A stretch of 64,000 nucleotides of DNA from NCBI RefSeq assembly GCF_009914755.1, contig NC_060927.1. The stretch is one strand, 5' to 3'. How positions within the stretch are numbered: the first letter of the stretch is position 1; each line of letters begins with the position of its first letter. Below the pieces are notes generated by a model. The model worked only from the letters and a program-made list of their open reading frames with translations. It made no database searches and was not told where the DNA came from. A program made the translations under genes and the position numbers. The DNA comes from the human T2T-CHM13v2.0 reference genome, Homo sapiens. Positions 58,701 to 64,000 of this stretch are shown here, piece by piece.

Positions 58701-60707
58701 TTCCTGGGTATTATCCATTCAGCTCCTGCCCTCTGCCCAAGTAGGAACCTTCAATGCCCCAGAAGCAGCTCCGTGTACTCAGTTTGGGATATGAGGAAAG
58801 TGCCTGCCATCTGGAACTCAGCCACTGCTATCATAATCGGTCAAACACTCTGGGAAGCAATGGTGTTCTGATTTCTTTTACTGCACAGCTTCCAATAAAA
58901 TTTGTGGCCCAGGTGTGACAACCAATAGAACTCTTTCACTTTATTCTTGTCTCTGAGATTCTGGTTTCTACTTGCTTTCTAAAAGAAACATAAAAGGCAA
59001 GTAAGCATGGCGTGTAAAAGTGAAGGGGGTGGGCTTCCCATGGGATATATGATGATTTTCTTCCTTTGTTGTAAACATATGATATAGGAAGTTGCGTGAG
59101 AATCTTGCTTAAAACAATAGTGACAACCTTTTAACCCCATCTGCTTCCCATTAATGGGAAAAGCCGTTACATGGTAGTGTCAAGGGGCCTCTGGATTTTC
59201 TCAAGGCTTTACCATAAGACAGATGCTTAAGACAAAATCCTCCAACCCTTTGGTTCTAATCCTCCCCTTCTTAGTCCATTCAGAAAGCACAGAAGGTAAT
59301 GGCATCTGGCCGATACTCATGAGGGCTGGGTTGGTAAAGTGAAAACCTTTCTGTGCTGTGACAAATTTCACTGGCTGTGCTTTAGGTAGTTTGCAAAGCA
59401 CAAAGTTAAGTTTCTGGATGATATGTTCATGATTAACAAACCAGATTATAATGCCCTTTCCAGAGTGAATTCTAGTTCTTAGGATTACTTTGCAGATTTA
59501 AAAACAATAAATATTTATTAAATATCTGTTATTTACCAAGGTCACACCTCTAGGGCCTTGTCCCGTGTGTTTTCTGAACCACTGGCGTGGATGACTTGAT
59601 GAGTCACTCATGAATCAGAAAATTGCAAAATATCATCTTCACTGAATTTTATGTCAGCACAGACTCAGTCAGAGTTGAATATGGACTCCCTGGTTTCTGG
59701 GAAGGCAGAGATATTTCAAAAACATTTCCAGGAAGGCAATCAAGTGCTCCTTTTGATGCATTTGCCAAGTGGGACACAAAATAGACCTATATTTGTAAAT
59801 AACAATCTTTTTCAAACACTGCCATGGGGATATGCCCAGCTTATAGTGATCCTTAAAATATGTATTGTGAAGTAATAATCCACCTATGTTTCAGTAATTT
59901 CCAAGTGTTTCTCCAGCCTTGACTCCAACCATGAACCTCAGATTCACACACTCAAGCACCTTCAATCTACACTAGAGCCCGAGTAATCAACCTAAAGCAC
60001 TCTCCTTCCATAATCTCTTCTATGACTCCGCATCACCTTCAGAGTAATGACCCGCCTCCCCAGCACAGCCTGACTACAAGTTCCTCCCTGACCCTGCCTC
60101 CACCCTCTGGACTCACCTGCTACTATTTGCCCCATCTCTGAACACCAAAGTTTTTGTAGTTCCCAATACAACACCCTTTTCCTTGTCTCTGCTCTAACCA
60201 TGCTCTGTTCCCTCTGCACAGAATGCCCTTCCCTCCGTTTGCCAGCTTCTTCTTACCTATCATGCATGACTCATATACATCATGTCTCTGGAGGGTCTTC
60301 CTCGAACCCCCGGGCTGAATTAATTACCCCTCTTCTGGAGCACTGCATATGTAGCCCTGTCTTAACATGGACCACTTTGTGTTAAAATTATCAAAAAGAT
60401 GTTTCCTCCACTGGACTTTAAACAAATTTTGCTTAGCTTTTTGCCCAGAGTCCCTAGCATAGTATCTGACTCTTGACAGGCACGTAATACATGCTTGTTG
60501 AACTTCAACTAAAGCGATCACAGCATCTTTCTTTTGTGCCTAGAAACAAGCAGAATGAAAGTGGAAAAGAAAAATTACAGAGCTAAAATTTAGACACTGA
60601 AGAGGTCTTATTTGAGGTCAAATTTAAGAGGACTTTGTCCTGATCACTTTTTGGATGGCTTTAGACTCTCCACATGTGGCTGTAGCAATTCCAGACTCCC
60701 ACTGCAC

Positions 60708-61503
<796 letters not shown>

Positions 61504-61702
61504 TGCCTGCAGGCCCAGTGGCTAAGACTGAGTCTATGTCCCAGAATCCCCAGCAAAGCTCTACTGTTTACTCTGACTGAACTGACTTGCAGAATGCGTC
61601 TGCCCCTGAACTAATCTCTGTGACCAGGAGCTTGGGAAATCTTGATTAGAGCTGGAGGTGGAAACAATTTTGGCCAATATTATGGTTAAGAAACTCTGTA
61701 GG

Positions 61703-62030
61703 GGCTGAGCGTGGTGGCTCATGCCTATAATCCCAGCACTTTAGGAGGCCGAGGCAGGCAAATCTCTTGCGCCCAGGAATTCGAGACCAGCTTGGGCAAC
61801 ATGGCAAAAACCAATCTCTACCAAAAAAAAATAAAATAAAATAAAAGTAAAATAAAATACCTAGGCATTGTAGCACATGCCTGTAGTCCCAGCTACTCAG
61901 GAGGCCGAGGCAAGAAGATCACTTGAGGCTGGGAGGTCAAGGCTGCCGTGAGCCGTGATTGTGCCACTGCCCTCCAGCTTGGGTGACAAAGAGAGACCCT
62001 GTCTCAAAAAAGAAAAGAAAAGAAAAGAAA
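61703..62030 (+). mobile_element. AluJ element
   Basis: AluJ diagnostics (gaggtcaaggctgc, gagaccctgtctc). TSD resembling aagaaa(c/at)tctgta. Confidence 0.9.
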
Positions 62031-62071
62031 ATTCTGTAAGAAGGAGGTGGTGGTAGGGATTGCTGGGTAGG

Positions 62072-62580
62072 TGTCTTAGTTTAGGGTAATGTAAGTGCAG
62101 AACCTGAGCAAGGCCTTGGATGCAGGTGATTTATTTGGGAGGTGATCCCAGGAAGCAGGAGTGAGAGAGAGGGAAGAGTAAGATAGGCAGGGAAGAAAAG
62201 TCAATGTAAGGGTGCTTTGAGCAATGGGGTTCGATTCTTTCTACTCTGAGATGCCCACAGAACATGTTCCAGAACTATCTACCTAAAGAACACCAGACTG
62301 AGACATTTTCCCACCAGCTCTCCTCTCTTATTGGTTGAGGGTTACACCCGGGGCCATTCACTCCCTGGGATACACTTTGCAGGCTGCACTTGCAAGAGCA
62401 GACCAGGCTCCCAAGGCTTTAGAGAAGACCCCAAGGCAGAAATGTGGAGAGGGTGGGGCTTGACCTGGATGTCGTGCAAGATGAATCTAAGCCCCCATGG
62501 AAGTTCGGCCAGAGCTGGGGCTGATATCCAAGGAGGCCCAAGGATGCGACACTGGACACCGAAACATCTGCAATAAGAGC
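62072..62580. mobile_element. MLT1/ERVL-type LTR fossil (boundaries approximate)
   Basis: tgtcttagtttaggg...tttatttgggaggtgatcccaggaagca. Confidence 0.55.
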
Positions 62581-64000
62581 CAACCAACAAAGGTTCCCTC
62601 AGGTCAGAGCCCAGCTCGCCTTGCCAAATGGCTCCCAGAGATCACTTCTGCAGCTGATGCAGTGGGCGCCCAGGGAGCACCTCCTTCCTGTGCAGAGGTT
62701 GGCACTGGCCAGCTTCCCTTGGGGCTATGCCCACCCGCCAGCACCACCAGGAACATACCTCTGGGTGATCAAAGTTAGGTTTATTGGCAGGTGTAGCAAG
62801 GAAGACCACCCACATGAGGAACCATGGGTGTCTCAGTAGGACAGTGTCCAAAGGAGCTTCTCAGGAGGTCAGGGCTTGGGTTAGGTGATTTGGGAAAAGA
62901 TTGGGAAGCATGGTCTTGCTAGGGAGCTGTCAGAAACTGGGACAATTTTATAAACGGGCATCCTAATAATTTGTATCTAGGTGATTGTGGGAAGAACAGA
63001 GCAGGGCTGGAGCTGTACTTGATAAACACCCCTCATATTTGCCAGGAGAAGGAGCTATTTGGTCATTTTCACAGTGTGCTGGGTGTTCTTATTTCAGTGT
63101 GGTCTTGTTGTCTCACTCCACCACAGCCACAGATTGACCTTGTCTGATGTCGTGTTCTGTGAAGTTGTGTATGTTAAGTAAGGAGCGGGCTCCAGTCAGA
63201 CCTGGGGGTTGATGACTTTTTCTTTCTCAGGTCTCATAAGACACAGGCTCTGCACACTCAGAAGAGTGGCAGGCACCCATGGTAACACAGCTGCATGGCT
63301 CAAAGTAACAATCAAGACAGAAGAACAGGCACCGATCGATAGGACTCTTCTATCTCCTAAAGCTCTTTTGAAGTCTGGCAGAGACGTTTGAGTGGCTTCT
63401 GTCCACCTCCTCAGTGACTCACAGTGCGATGCTCATGGTTGAACCTGAGTGATGCCAGCAGCAAGGAAACTGACAGAGCTCGCCGATCCATTTCCTGTCA
63501 TTCACTTGAGGGTGACAAAGCATGATGGTGACAGCTCAGATAACATTCCTGGCACAAAATCCTTAAACTAAATGGAGCCTGGCTGCCAGGAAGGAGAGGA
63601 ACAGGCATTCCAGGGGCAGACTCTGCTGCTGGCTGCAGCCACACAGGAGAGCTTTAAACAAGATTCTGAACTTAGAGAGCAACAGGATTTGTGCACCACT
63701 GCTACACTGATCAATGCCAATAGTTGGCCCAGGCTGGAGGATGGGCCAGGCATCCTAACGCCATTGGGCAAATCCAAGGTTTAAGGAAGTCAGCACAGTT
63801 GGGGTACACACTAGAGAAAGCTACATGTTTTGAAGAATGTGCAGACTCCTTGAGCCCCCACAAAGCAGCCTCACCATCGGCATGTAGACAGTGCAAAGTT
63901 GAATGAGAATCTCATTAGAACTTCTGGAAGCTCATCTCTTTCTTACCAGACCCATGCTTAAGACTGGAGTCCTGGCAGAGGCTAATATTCCAGATATGAG

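Overview
This is primate, almost certainly human, genomic DNA containing the 3' part of GALNT15 (polypeptide N-acetylgalactosaminyltransferase 15) on the + strand. The window starts inside intron 1. Coding exons 2-10 lie at 16818-46728 and splice in frame (1381 nt). They encode the GT-A catalytic domain with DxH = DAHCEC and a C-terminal ricin-type lectin domain. A ~2.2 kb 3' UTR ends near 48970, followed by ~15 kb of repeat-rich downstream sequence. The rest is interspersed repeats: 22 Alu elements or fragments, L1 3' ends, MaLR/ERV1 solo LTRs, MER5/MER33/MER58/Tigger DNA fossils, MIRs and microsatellites. Almost all ORFs in the supplied track are spurious. I found no evidence of a new multi-gene system. 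The most interesting signals are: (i) a second, in-frame terminal exon at 51019-51099 that would replace the last lectin repeat; (ii) a GC-AG intron exactly at the catalytic/lectin boundary; (iii) non-canonical catalytic-motif residues; (iv) several template-switch or palindrome scars, namely a 28-bp inverted templated insertion in MER58A, a 77-bp AT-rich hairpin and an Alu-internal inversion; (v) a twin-primed L1 and a four-layer nested transposon cluster. Repeat subfamily names are from recalled consensus sequences and should be confirmed with RepeatMasker/Dfam.
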